This document shows, piece by piece, positions 48,892 through 57,487 of a DNA stretch of 61,596 nucleotides. The translations under genes and the position numbers were made by a program. Position 1 is the first letter of the stretch. Each line of letters opens with the position of its first letter. The stretch comes from Chloroflexota bacterium. GTDB taxonomy: Bacteria; Chloroflexota; Dehalococcoidia; Lucifugimonadales; UBA3495. Where the stretch lies: assembly GCA_027624135.1 (NCBI GenBank), contig JAQBXL010000003.1:1-61596 (forward strand). Reading direction: 5' to 3'. The notes beneath the pieces are model-generated. The model searched no databases, was not told where the DNA came from, and worked only from the letters and a program-made list of their open reading frames with translations.

Positions 48892-49860
48892 TTACGGAAT
48901 GAGCAGGAGTTTGCCGGTGCTGGCTCTGCTCTCCAGTTGCCGGTGGGCTTCCGGCGCTTCGGACAGCGGAAATTCGCCGCCGATCCGCAACTTCAATTCT
49001 CCGGAGCTGACCCAGCCCAGTACGTCGCCGGCTCGTTGCTCCAACTCGGCCCGGTTGACGGTGTAATCGCCCAGGCCGGGACGGGTGAGCGATAGTGACC
49101 CCGCACCCAGGATGCTTGGACTCATGGGTTCCGGGGCTCCGCTGGCGGCACCGTAGAGCACCATGTGGCCGCGGCGACCCAGACTGCTGATACTCTGGCT
49201 GAAGGTGGTTTTGCCCACACCGTCGTACACAACTTGCACTCCCTCGCCGTTGGTGGCCTTCTTGACCTCTTCGGCGAAGTCCTGCTGGGTGTAGAGGATC
49301 ACATGGTCGGCGCCGGCGCCTTTGGAAAGCTCGGCCTTTTCCTCAGTGGAAACCGTGGCGAACACGTATCCACCCAGGCGTTTAACCATCTGAGTTAACA
49401 GTAGGCCCATGCCGCCGGCTCCAGCGTGGATGATGACCCGGTCGCCCTTCTGTACTGCATAGGTTGAGTGGCAGAGATAATGGGCGGTCATGCCTTGAAG
49501 GATCGCGGCGGCCCCGGCTTTGGCGTCCACACCGGCTGGCCGTTTCATCAGCCTCCAAGCGGGCACCAAGGCCAATTCGGCATACGTTCCCGGGGCAGTG
49601 CAGTAGGTGACGTCATCTCCCACTTTCACCTCGGTCACTCCGGGGCCAATGGCCTTGACCACTCCTGCGCCCTCGACACCGATGATGCGGGGCAAAGGAG
49701 GGCCGGGATTTACTCCCTGCCGGCTGTACACATCGGTGAAGTTAACTCCGGCGGCTTGAATCTCAACCACCGCTTCGCCCTCGCCTGGAATCGGATCGGC
49801 CACATCTTTGTACTTCATGACCTCGGGTCCGCCGAATTCGGTGATCTGCACTGCTTTCAT
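48892..49860 (-). CDS. qor: NADPH:quinone oxidoreductase (zeta-crystallin family)
   Basis: GGPEV, GVNFTD, GVEGAG, QGMTAHYL, HAGAGGMG, YDGVGK, LESRASTGKLLL. Confidence 0.93.
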   Translation of the reverse strand: MKAVQITEFGGPEVMKYKDVADPIPGEGEAVVEIQAAGVNFTDVYSRQGVNPGPPLPRIIGVEGAGVVKAIGPGVTEVKVGDDVTYCTAPGTYAELALVPAWRLMKRPAGVDAKAGAAAILQGMTAHYLCHSTYAVQKGDRVIIHAGAGGMGLLLTQMVKRLGGYVFATVSTEEKAELSKGAGADHVILYTQQDFAEEVKKATNGEGVQVVYDGVGKTTFSQSISSLGRRGHMVLYGAASGAPEPMSPSILGAGSLSLTRPGLGDYTVNRAELEQRAGDVLGWVSSGELKLRIGGEFPLSEAPEAHRQLESRASTGKLLLIP

Positions 49861-50059
49861 GTCTTGCCCTCCTGAGTCGTCAGCGAAAATATCGGGTCCA
49901 TCTTTGAGCTAATGCCAAGCTGCCAGAAGCGCCACGGGCGCTATCTGGATGGGGGCAGTATACACCGGGGATAGATAGGCGCCGGCCATCACCGAGGCAG
50001 AACAAACCAGCCTGGCCGGCAATAAGTCGGAACAGTTGCCCAGCTTGCTAGATCGGACC

Positions 50060-51900
50060 CTAGAAGTCTGGCCGAAAAGTGCCTGAAGGCAGCTTGCCCA
50101 TTATAATAGTGGTCAACAAGCAAAGGGGGGGGTGGGAGAGTGCTGGGAAAGCGAACGGACCAGAGGGGCCTATTAGAATCAGACCACCTTTATATGGACC
50201 ACGTGGGTCAGTCTTCCTTTTACGGGTTGCTGGCGTCGATGCGAGGGCAGTTGTTCCGAGACGAAGAATTCGCCAAGCTATACTGCCCGGACAACGGCCG
50301 GGATAGCGTGCCCCCCAGTCTGCTGGCAACGGCGCTGTTGCTTCAGGCCTACGACAAGGTGAGCGACGCTGAAGCCAAGGATACAGCGGACTTTGACATT
50401 CGGTGGAAGGTAGCCTTGGGCATCGAGGTGGAAGAGAGACCCTTTGCCAAGAGCACCCTGCAACTGTTCCGAGCCCACCTGATCCTGCATGAGCAGGCGA
50501 AGGAGATATTTCAGCGCAGCTTGCGGTTTGCCCGGGAGTCGGGATACCTGAAGAGCCGCCGAATGAAGGTGGCCTTGGACACCACCAACATCCTGGGCCG
50601 AGGAGCCGTCAAGGATACCTACAACCTTTTGGCCGATGGTGTAGTCCAGGCAGCCCGGGCCCTGGCTGGTCTGGATGGGAAGGGTGTGAGAGAGTGGGGC
50701 CTGGCCCATGGTCTGGAGGGCTATTTTGGCTCCAGTGTGAAGGGGGAGGCCAGAATTGACTGGGACAATAAGAAAGAGCGGCAAGCTTTCCTCCAGCAGA
50801 TTGTGGCTGATGCCGACCGGTTGTTGGCCTTGGCCCGCCAGGCCCAGGGGCGATTTCCAGCAGAAAGCTCCCAGCGCCAGGGTATTGTGGAGGCAACGGC
50901 GTTGCTGGGGCAATTGCTGCTGCAGGATGTGGAGCGCCAGGAAGATGGCCCCACTCTGAAGGAAGGGGTGAGCCGGGACCGGGTCCCTTCGGTCCACGAC
51001 CCTGAGATGCGCCACGGCCGCAAAAGTAAGAGCCACCGCTTCGATGGACACAAGGCGGCGGTGGTGGTGGATACCGACTCTCAACTGATCACCGCGGTGG
51101 ACATACTGCCTGGCAACGCCGGCGATAACACCGGTGCCCTGGAATTGGTGGAGCAGAGTGAGGAGAACACGGGCACGGAGGTGGAAGAGACCATCGGAGA
51201 CGCTGCCTATGGAGATGGCGCCACCCGGCAGGCCTTTGCCGACGGGGGACGGACTTTAATCGCCAAGGTGCCGGCCCGTCCTGAGAAGGCCCACTTCCCC
51301 AAGGAAGACTTTCACATAGACTTAGAAGCTGCCACCTGTACCTGCCCCGCCGGGCAGACGACCCAGAGCCTACGGCAGTTAAACCATCGCAATGGGCAGC
51401 CAACAAGGGGTTTTGTCTTTGACGGCAGGGTGTGCCGGAGTTGCCACCTGCGCTCACAGTGTATCGCCAGCAAGAAGGGGAAGGGCCGCACCGTCAGCCT
51501 GCATCCACAAGAAGCTCTACTACAACAGGCTCGGGCCTTACAGCATAGCGAAGCCTTCACTGAGTACCGGAAGCGCCGCCAGGTGGTGGAACACCGGCTG
51601 GCGCGGCTGGTCCAGCTTGGAGTACGCCAGGCGCGGTACATTGGCCGCAAAAAGACGCTGTTCCAACTGCTGATGGCGGCGACGGTGGCTAACCTGACCC
51701 TGGTGGCTGGCAAGATGGGGATAATGGGCGGGCCCGGGGGCCAAGCTACTACTCCTACTGCGCCCCTTCGCTCTCTTATAGCCCCAACCGCCGAAATCAT
51801 AGCAATTCTCTTTGCCAAACCCTGGCTGCGCCTTTTGCCCGGGCCATGCCTTGTACATCAGTCAACGGCTCAAAACAGGGCTTTTCAGCCGGGTTTCTAG
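50060..51900 (+). mobile_element. IS1182-family insertion sequence with imperfect TIRs, flanked by CTAG at both ends
   Basis: left CTAG-AAGTCTGGCCGAAAAG (50060-50079); right CTTTTCAGCCGGGTTT-CTAG (51881-51900), 12/16 match; single DDE transposase. Confidence 0.85.
50140..51900 (+). CDS. IS1182-family DDE transposase
   Basis: GRDSVPP..SDAEA (DUF772-like), ALDTT, DPEMRHGRK, GDAAY, CTCPAG..CRSCHLRSQC, YRKRRQVVEH. Confidence 0.9.
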   Translation: MLGKRTDQRGLLESDHLYMDHVGQSSFYGLLASMRGQLFRDEEFAKLYCPDNGRDSVPPSLLATALLLQAYDKVSDAEAKDTADFDIRWKVALGIEVEERPFAKSTLQLFRAHLILHEQAKEIFQRSLRFARESGYLKSRRMKVALDTTNILGRGAVKDTYNLLADGVVQAARALAGLDGKGVREWGLAHGLEGYFGSSVKGEARIDWDNKKERQAFLQQIVADADRLLALARQAQGRFPAESSQRQGIVEATALLGQLLLQDVERQEDGPTLKEGVSRDRVPSVHDPEMRHGRKSKSHRFDGHKAAVVVDTDSQLITAVDILPGNAGDNTGALELVEQSEENTGTEVEETIGDAAYGDGATRQAFADGGRTLIAKVPARPEKAHFPKEDFHIDLEAATCTCPAGQTTQSLRQLNHRNGQPTRGFVFDGRVCRSCHLRSQCIASKKGKGRTVSLHPQEALLQQARALQHSEAFTEYRKRRQVVEHRLARLVQLGVRQARYIGRKKTLFQLLMAATVANLTLVAGKMGIMGGPGGQATTPTAPLRSLIAPTAEIIAILFAKPWLRLLPGPCLVHQSTAQNRAFQPGF

Positions 51901-54185
51901 GTCGCTCTTACGCCTAGGGCGGTCAGTGCGGCCGCGCTGCCGTTTGGAAGGCTGAGTCCGTCGGAGATTGCCTTTTCGTACATGTCCTGCAGTATCGGTG
52001 AAACGATTGCGTCGGGAGCGCTTCCTTCGCCGCGATGGGCTTCCAGCTCGGACAGCGTGTCGTAGGCTTGGTCGACGCTCCAAAAGAACGAAAGCAGCCA
52101 GGACAACTCTCGTTCGTTGGCGGGTACCGTGATGTCAGCGGGGTTGTAGAGCCCGTTTAGGACTTTGGTGTAGCGTAGGATCCCGGCTTTGTCTTCCGAA
52201 TCTTGGCCGTAGAACCTGTGGCGGTTCAACTCGGTCATTCGGTGAGAGTAATCTTCCTCGCCGTAGATGTTCTTGGGCAGCCACTCGTTGCGCAGGTCGA
52301 CGATCTCGTTGCCCGACTCGTCAACGATGGCCACGGCTATGTCCGATCCCAAGTGTGGTTCGTATTCGAACTTCACTGCGTCCCGCAGTAAAGCCTCTTG
52401 CAGCATCAGGGTCAATTCCCGTGGAATCTTCTTGTACGCTGCCCCGCTGGCTTCATCGTTGGTGTCGGCGCCCACGCCTCCAGTATTGAAGACGTAGTAC
52501 TGTTGATTCTGCCCGCCCTGCTCAATCTTCTTGACGATGTTATAGAGATTGTTGGCATTGTCATCTTCCAGTCCGATGATGAACGGGTCGGAGAAATACT
52601 CTACGTAGGGACGGCCGATGGCGCCTATCGCTGCGCCCATCTGCACTGCTTCTCCGTACATCAATACCCGGATGTACTGTTCTGGAGACAATCGCCGCAG
52701 GGGTGGGACGACGGTGTTCTGGCGCATCACCGCCTGCCAGAAGATCTGATCGGTATCCTCGATGGGAACGTGGACCCCTTCGGTTTCCCGGCCTCCGGTA
52801 ATCTTTTTGAGCAGATCGTTGGCGCCCTTCCGGGCGACCAATCTGGTACGCGAAAGAGTGACGCGCATGTTTCGGACCGGGTTGGACAGGAAGTTCGGCG
52901 ACCATGAATCTAGGTCGATCGGCACATTCTCCAGGGTCTCCTCAGTGTTTGGGTCCTGGGGTGTGCCACGGACGGCCTCGAATGTGATTGGGTCTTCCTC
53001 TTTGTTGAGGCCAAAGGGCATCGCGTAGAGGTTGTTCTCGGTGCCGTCTATGCCATAGTACAAGGTGGACTGCTTGCCATGTTTGGTAACCGTGACCGGC
53101 TCCTTCAGAGGTTGCAGCAACACGATGTCGTCGTTCATGGGGTAGACGCCTTCCTCGGCGTCGGTCTTCAATTTCAGTCGCTTAGCGAGTTGACTGTTGG
53201 CCAACTCGAGCATGATGGTGAGGGTGCTCTTGCCGTGGAGCGACGGCCCCACCGTGATCAGCGCCGTGTTCTTGATCTGGCCTTTCAGGGTCTTGACGCG
53301 AGCCATGCTCAGCGCTGCCTGAATCGCGAGTCCGCCGTTCTCTTTTACCTTGAACATCGCGATGGAAAGGGGGCCCATCTTGTGCTCGCCGACGTAATCG
53401 AATCCCAAGTGCAAAGACAATCCCAAGGTAGGGGCTTTGAAAACCAGCAAGGTCATGCCGGAATCACGTATCCGCTGCTTCAGGTCTTCGGGCATCCCCA
53501 AATCTTCCAGCCAGTGAGGCAGCGACACTTCAAGAATGTCAGGTTCCTGACGGCTGGTCTCTTCAGTGACGGGGAAGGTGAGCTGACGCCACATGATGGG
53601 GATCTGCAAGTACTTCGTTCCAAAGAGCATCTGGCGTGCGTGGAAAGAGCGTCCCGGAGCGTCGCCAACCTGGCGGTCGGTCTGAATGATTGTGTCGCCC
53701 GAGGCCAATTTTTCTTCGATGAAGGCGTTGATATAACCAAATACCTCGGCAAATAGGGTCTGGCTCTCTTCGTTGAAAACTACTCCATCCCGGTTTTTGG
53801 CAAACCCGTCGATGAAATATTGAGTCAGATCGGGCCTGCGAACCACCCCCAGTTGACTGAAGAACGCTAATCCGCCCGTGTCCAGGCGAACCACGACTCC
53901 GGGCCAAGCCCGGCCAGCCGCTTTCCCGACAGCGTTGGCTTCTGCTGATTCTTTGTCGATGGCTCTGGCTTCGCTCAGAAACCGTTGTTGTTCGTCTTCA
54001 GGGAGGTCCTGCAAGACGTGCATCTGGCTGATGAGCCATTCATCGGAGGGGTTATTGAAACTGGCCTCCGGCTTGTGACCCTGGCGGGCCAAAGCCACTA
54101 GGCGCTCCAGTTCTTTTTGGAATGCCGGTACGGCTGTGGGCCCGGCAAGAGACGAACCAGCTTTAGGTTGCATTTGGGGACTCAT
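51897..54185 (-). CDS. divergent phosphoenolpyruvate carboxykinase (ATP)-like protein
   Basis: YVGEHKMG, GPSLHGKST, MNDD, GTENNLY, LEN, NMR, FSDPF, VFNTG in PEPCK order; 762 aa. Confidence 0.7.
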   Translation of the reverse strand: MSPQMQPKAGSSLAGPTAVPAFQKELERLVALARQGHKPEASFNNPSDEWLISQMHVLQDLPEDEQQRFLSEARAIDKESAEANAVGKAAGRAWPGVVVRLDTGGLAFFSQLGVVRRPDLTQYFIDGFAKNRDGVVFNEESQTLFAEVFGYINAFIEEKLASGDTIIQTDRQVGDAPGRSFHARQMLFGTKYLQIPIMWRQLTFPVTEETSRQEPDILEVSLPHWLEDLGMPEDLKQRIRDSGMTLLVFKAPTLGLSLHLGFDYVGEHKMGPLSIAMFKVKENGGLAIQAALSMARVKTLKGQIKNTALITVGPSLHGKSTLTIMLELANSQLAKRLKLKTDAEEGVYPMNDDIVLLQPLKEPVTVTKHGKQSTLYYGIDGTENNLYAMPFGLNKEEDPITFEAVRGTPQDPNTEETLENVPIDLDSWSPNFLSNPVRNMRVTLSRTRLVARKGANDLLKKITGGRETEGVHVPIEDTDQIFWQAVMRQNTVVPPLRRLSPEQYIRVLMYGEAVQMGAAIGAIGRPYVEYFSDPFIIGLEDDNANNLYNIVKKIEQGGQNQQYYVFNTGGVGADTNDEASGAAYKKIPRELTLMLQEALLRDAVKFEYEPHLGSDIAVAIVDESGNEIVDLRNEWLPKNIYGEEDYSHRMTELNRHRFYGQDSEDKAGILRYTKVLNGLYNPADITVPANERELSWLLSFFWSVDQAYDTLSELEAHRGEGSAPDAIVSPILQDMYEKAISDGLSLPNGSAAALTALGVRAT

Positions 54186-54721
54186 GTTTTCTGAATCCGT
54201 ATCTGGGGGAAGAATTTTACGGCGTTGCCGCAGTTGGGGCGGGCGCCTGTAATTTGATGTGCCTATCGCACAAAACCGACAATATGCTACATCGTGGCTG
54301 TGACCAAGTCAAAGATTTATGGTTGTGAGTTTAACCTTCAGTGAAGTGTAATCGAGGAGTCATCTCGAAAAACCGTCAAACTAGCGGGTCCGATTGTTTT
54401 CAGTAGCTAGCTGCCGGCGCCGAATGGGTTCGAAAGCCGCGAATATTCCCAGATGTTCCCAGATGTTCGCACTGGGTAATTTGGCAAGTTCAGACGTTCT
54501 CCTGAGAGTTGTCTCACGGCTGACCGAGGTGTGCCGGTGGTGGTCGTCCAGGCACGTCGAATTGCCATTAAAGTTTGAAACTGGTATGATTTTAGGGTGT
54601 CATTTCCTCTTACAGAGGCCGTTCTGGCCAAAGATTATGGGTTTAGAGGTTTGATTCGATTCCCCGGCAACTCCCTCAATTTTCCCCGGCTAAGCATCAC
54701 CTGGCCACAGGCCTAACCCGT

Positions 54722-54769
54722 GGAACCAACGACTTAGAACTAGCGACGGGAACCAACGACTTAGAACTA
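54722..54769 (+). repeat. 21-bp perfect direct repeat x2 (GGAACCAACGACTTAGAACTA), 27-bp period
   Basis: copies at 54722-54742 and 54749-54769, just upstream of the greA RBS. Confidence 0.9.
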
Positions 54770-54797
54770 AATACTGATTGATTGTGGAGGTACTTGA

Positions 54798-55631
54798 GTG
54801 ACGACCGAGCAAAGCCTATCGATATCAGAAGCGCTGACTGTTTTTGTGGCAGATAAAAAATCTGCTAAGTCTGCCCAGCAAGGGCATCAGGAACTGGGCC
54901 GTTTCGTGGCCTGGTGCGGCAGGGAACGGAAGGTAGCCGACCTAGCCCCGTCGGAAGTGGCTGAATATGCCCAGCAGATCGGCCTTGGTGGATCCGAGTC
55001 CGCTCAACGCCTAAGCCCAGTCAAAATATTCCTCGCATATTGGAAAGACCAGGGATGGATCAATAACGGATTGGCATCCCACCTCCGTGTTCCCCGCACC
55101 CGCCGCACCCTCTCCGCAGCCGGCACTGCAACCCGCTCCTCCGGCCGTGGTAGCTCCTCAGGCTCCCAACTCAGTCAAGAAGGTTACGACCGCCTCGTTG
55201 GTCAATTGGACGGCCTCAAGGACCAGCGGGCTGCGGTTTTGGAAGACATCAAAAGGGCCATGGCCGACAAAGACTTTAGAGAGAACGCCCCTCTAGATGC
55301 AGCCAAGGACCAGCAGGGAATCGTAGAGCTTCGCATCCGCGAGTTGGAAGCTAGCATCAACAACGCTCAGATACTTCCCGAGGGCGTGTCATCCAAGGTG
55401 GCCCGTTCTTCAGTTGGCGCAAAGTTGACCCTGAAGGACACCAATTCAGGCAGGATAGTGGCTTATACGCTGGTTGATGTCCGTGAGGCAGACGTAGCGG
55501 AGGGCAAGATTTCTACCATCTCTCCGGTGGGCCAAGCCTTGTTGGACCGGACAGTTGGCGAAGAGGTGACGATTAACGTGCCAAAGGGCACCCTACGCTA
55601 CCTAGTGCAACGGATAACCGCCAGCAGTTGA
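54798..55631 (+). CDS. greA: transcription elongation factor GreA with an extra N-terminal helical domain
   Basis: C-half LSQEGYDRL, DFRENA, RIRELE, GKISTISPVGQALL, VPKG; N-half about 95 aa, integrase core-binding-like. Confidence 0.9.
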   Translation: MTTEQSLSISEALTVFVADKKSAKSAQQGHQELGRFVAWCGRERKVADLAPSEVAEYAQQIGLGGSESAQRLSPVKIFLAYWKDQGWINNGLASHLRVPRTRRTLSAAGTATRSSGRGSSSGSQLSQEGYDRLVGQLDGLKDQRAAVLEDIKRAMADKDFRENAPLDAAKDQQGIVELRIRELEASINNAQILPEGVSSKVARSSVGAKLTLKDTNSGRIVAYTLVDVREADVAEGKISTISPVGQALLDRTVGEEVTINVPKGTLRYLVQRITASS

Positions 55632-55660
55632 TTCAACCTCCACGATGATTTAGAAACTAG

Positions 55661-55695
55661 AAAGGCCGCCCCTGTTTTAAGAGGGGCGGCCTTTT
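55661..55695 (+). terminator. intrinsic terminator of greA
   Basis: AAAGGCCGCCCCT-loop-AGGGGCGGCCTTTT. Confidence 0.85.
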
Positions 55696-55765
55696 GCTTT
55701 GGCTAGATATGAGTCAGCATATGAGTGATTAATGACTCGACATAAAACGCCGTTCATCGCAATCA

Positions 55766-55799
55766 AATAAGGCACCCTCAATTAGAAGGCGCCTTATTT
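55766..55799 (-). terminator. probable terminator of the peroxiredoxin gene
   Basis: AAATAAGGCACC...GGCGCCTTATTT hairpin. Confidence 0.55.
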
Positions 55800-55827
55800 G
55801 TGACCCAACTTTGTGATGGCTACTCCT

Positions 55828-56289
55828 CTAGTTAAGCCCTTGCACCACTTCCAAGATGGCGTTCGGGTCGGGCAGGATTCCTGGCACGTAGGTCTCCCGG
55901 AACCTAACCACCCCTTCTTTGTCGATGATGATCACGGCTCTATTGCTGGCCCCGCGCTCCTCGTTCCACAGCCCGTACGCTTTGGTAGTGTCGCCTTTGG
56001 GGTGGAAGTCAGACAACTCGGGGTAGGGCAAACCACCTAATGCCGTGGTCCAGGCACGGTGAGCGGGGACGGTGTCGCAACTGATGCCCAGAACCTGGGC
56101 ATTAATATCCTCGAACCGCTTGTACTCCTGACGGAACGAGGTTGCTTGAGTCGTTCAACCAGATGTGAAGTCGAAAACGTGGAAGGAAAGAACGACTGTC
56201 TTGCTGCCCTTGTAATCGCCAAGGGAAACGTCCCCATCCGGGGAAGGAAGCTTGAAATCGGGGGCTACATCGCCAACTTCTGCCGGCAT
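55828..56289 (-). CDS. peroxiredoxin (AhpC/TSA, AhpE-like), probable selenoprotein with in-frame TGA at codon 45
   Basis: MPAEVGDVAPDFKL...VLSFHVFDFTSG-U-TTQATSFRQ...VLGISCD..AHRAW...LSDFHPKG...AYG...NRAVIIIDKEGVVR; both ORF-track pieces are in one frame. Confidence 0.88.
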
Positions 56290-56437
56290 ATTCCCGCCTT
56301 TAATGATTGAGATTTGAGCGCCTTTATCTGCGCCCAGCAGATTATACCGCACAATCCGGTGAGAGACATCAACACGCTTTGTTTGGGGACCAAGTTGGAC
56401 CAACCCCCGTGATATACTTGGCCGCGCTAGCTTCGGC

Positions 56438-57454
56438 GTGATTCTGGGCATAGGGGATGTGCACGTGCAGGCGGTGTTCAAGAGTGGGATTTACCTGCCC
56501 GAACTGGACCTTTGGCTAGATTCCACCAAAAAGCGGGAGTTCAGCCTGATCTCCCACGCTCATTCCGACCACACCGGACGCCATGACCGGCCCGTTCTGA
56601 CCCCCACCACCGCCAATCTGCTGGGGGATTACCTCAAGAATTCAGACCCGGTGCTGCTCCCCTTCCACGAGCCGTTCGATTCCCCTCGGTTCACCATGAC
56701 TCTCCATCCGGCCGGACACTGCCTTGGTTCGGCCCAGGCGCTGATCGAGTCCAAAGCGACCGGGGAGCGGCTGCTCTACACCGGTGACATCAAGAGCCGG
56801 CCAAGTCCCACCAACGAACCGTTGGAGATTGTACCCTGCGACACTCTGGTGATGGAGTGCACCTACGGGCGGCCCGAGTACGTGTTCCCACCCCAAGATC
56901 AGGTCTTGGAGATTGCCTACCGGACGCTGAGAATGTGGTTGTCCCGCGGCGAACGCCCGGTGGTGCAAGGCTGGCGGCTGGGAAAATCCCAAGAGATACT
57001 TCATTACCTGCTCGGCCAGGGGTTCGATGTGCTGGTGGAGGAAAGTATCTATCTGGGTACTCAGGTGTACCTGGAGGCTGGAGTGGAGTTTCCGGGACAG
57101 GTCAATAAGTTTGAAGGAGACTGGCCCGAGGGTTGGGTTTTGTTGTTCCCGCCGGGCAAGCGCCGGGAAGCCCTGAAGGGTTTCCGGGGGAAGCGGACGT
57201 TGGAGCTAACCGGTTGGGCGGCTTCGGGAAGCATGCCTTGGGGCAGCGGCGCTGACGCCAGCCTGCCTTACAGCGATCACCCCGACTTCAACGAACTGGT
57301 GGAATACGTCCAGGCCGTCTCGCCAAAACAGGTCTACACCGTGAACGGCTTCCCCGAACTTGCCGCCCGGCTCCGCGAATTAGGCTACCCGGCGGTACAC
57401 CTGAACGCCCGAGGCCAGAAACAGGACAGCGGCTACCAGATGAAGCTGGTCTAG
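56438..57454 (+). CDS. MBL-fold beta-CASP-like nuclease (ligase-associated exonuclease family)
   Basis: ISHAHSDH, PAGHCLGSAQ, LYTGD, MECTYG, LGKSQE, TGW, YSDHPDF; start uncertain (GTG 56459/56465). Confidence 0.88.
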   Translation: MILGIGDVHVQAVFKSGIYLPELDLWLDSTKKREFSLISHAHSDHTGRHDRPVLTPTTANLLGDYLKNSDPVLLPFHEPFDSPRFTMTLHPAGHCLGSAQALIESKATGERLLYTGDIKSRPSPTNEPLEIVPCDTLVMECTYGRPEYVFPPQDQVLEIAYRTLRMWLSRGERPVVQGWRLGKSQEILHYLLGQGFDVLVEESIYLGTQVYLEAGVEFPGQVNKFEGDWPEGWVLLFPPGKRREALKGFRGKRTLELTGWAASGSMPWGSGADASLPYSDHPDFNELVEYVQAVSPKQVYTVNGFPELAARLRELGYPAVHLNARGQKQDSGYQMKLV

Positions 57455-57487
57455 CGTTCTTCACTGTCCTGCCCGTTACCCTGCCAG

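Noticed and set aside
54636-54680. TTCGATTCCCC...CTCCC resembling a tRNA/tmRNA T-arm and 3' end
   Set aside because: No matching acceptor stem, D-arm or anticodon arm could be built, and there is no CCA.
54722-54769. 21-bp direct repeats as a mini-CRISPR
   Set aside because: Only two copies, a 6-bp spacer and no cas genes.
56290-56481. Upstream extension of the peroxiredoxin ORF
   Set aside because: Peroxiredoxin similarity begins at MPAEVG (56289); the extension overlaps the divergent gene start.
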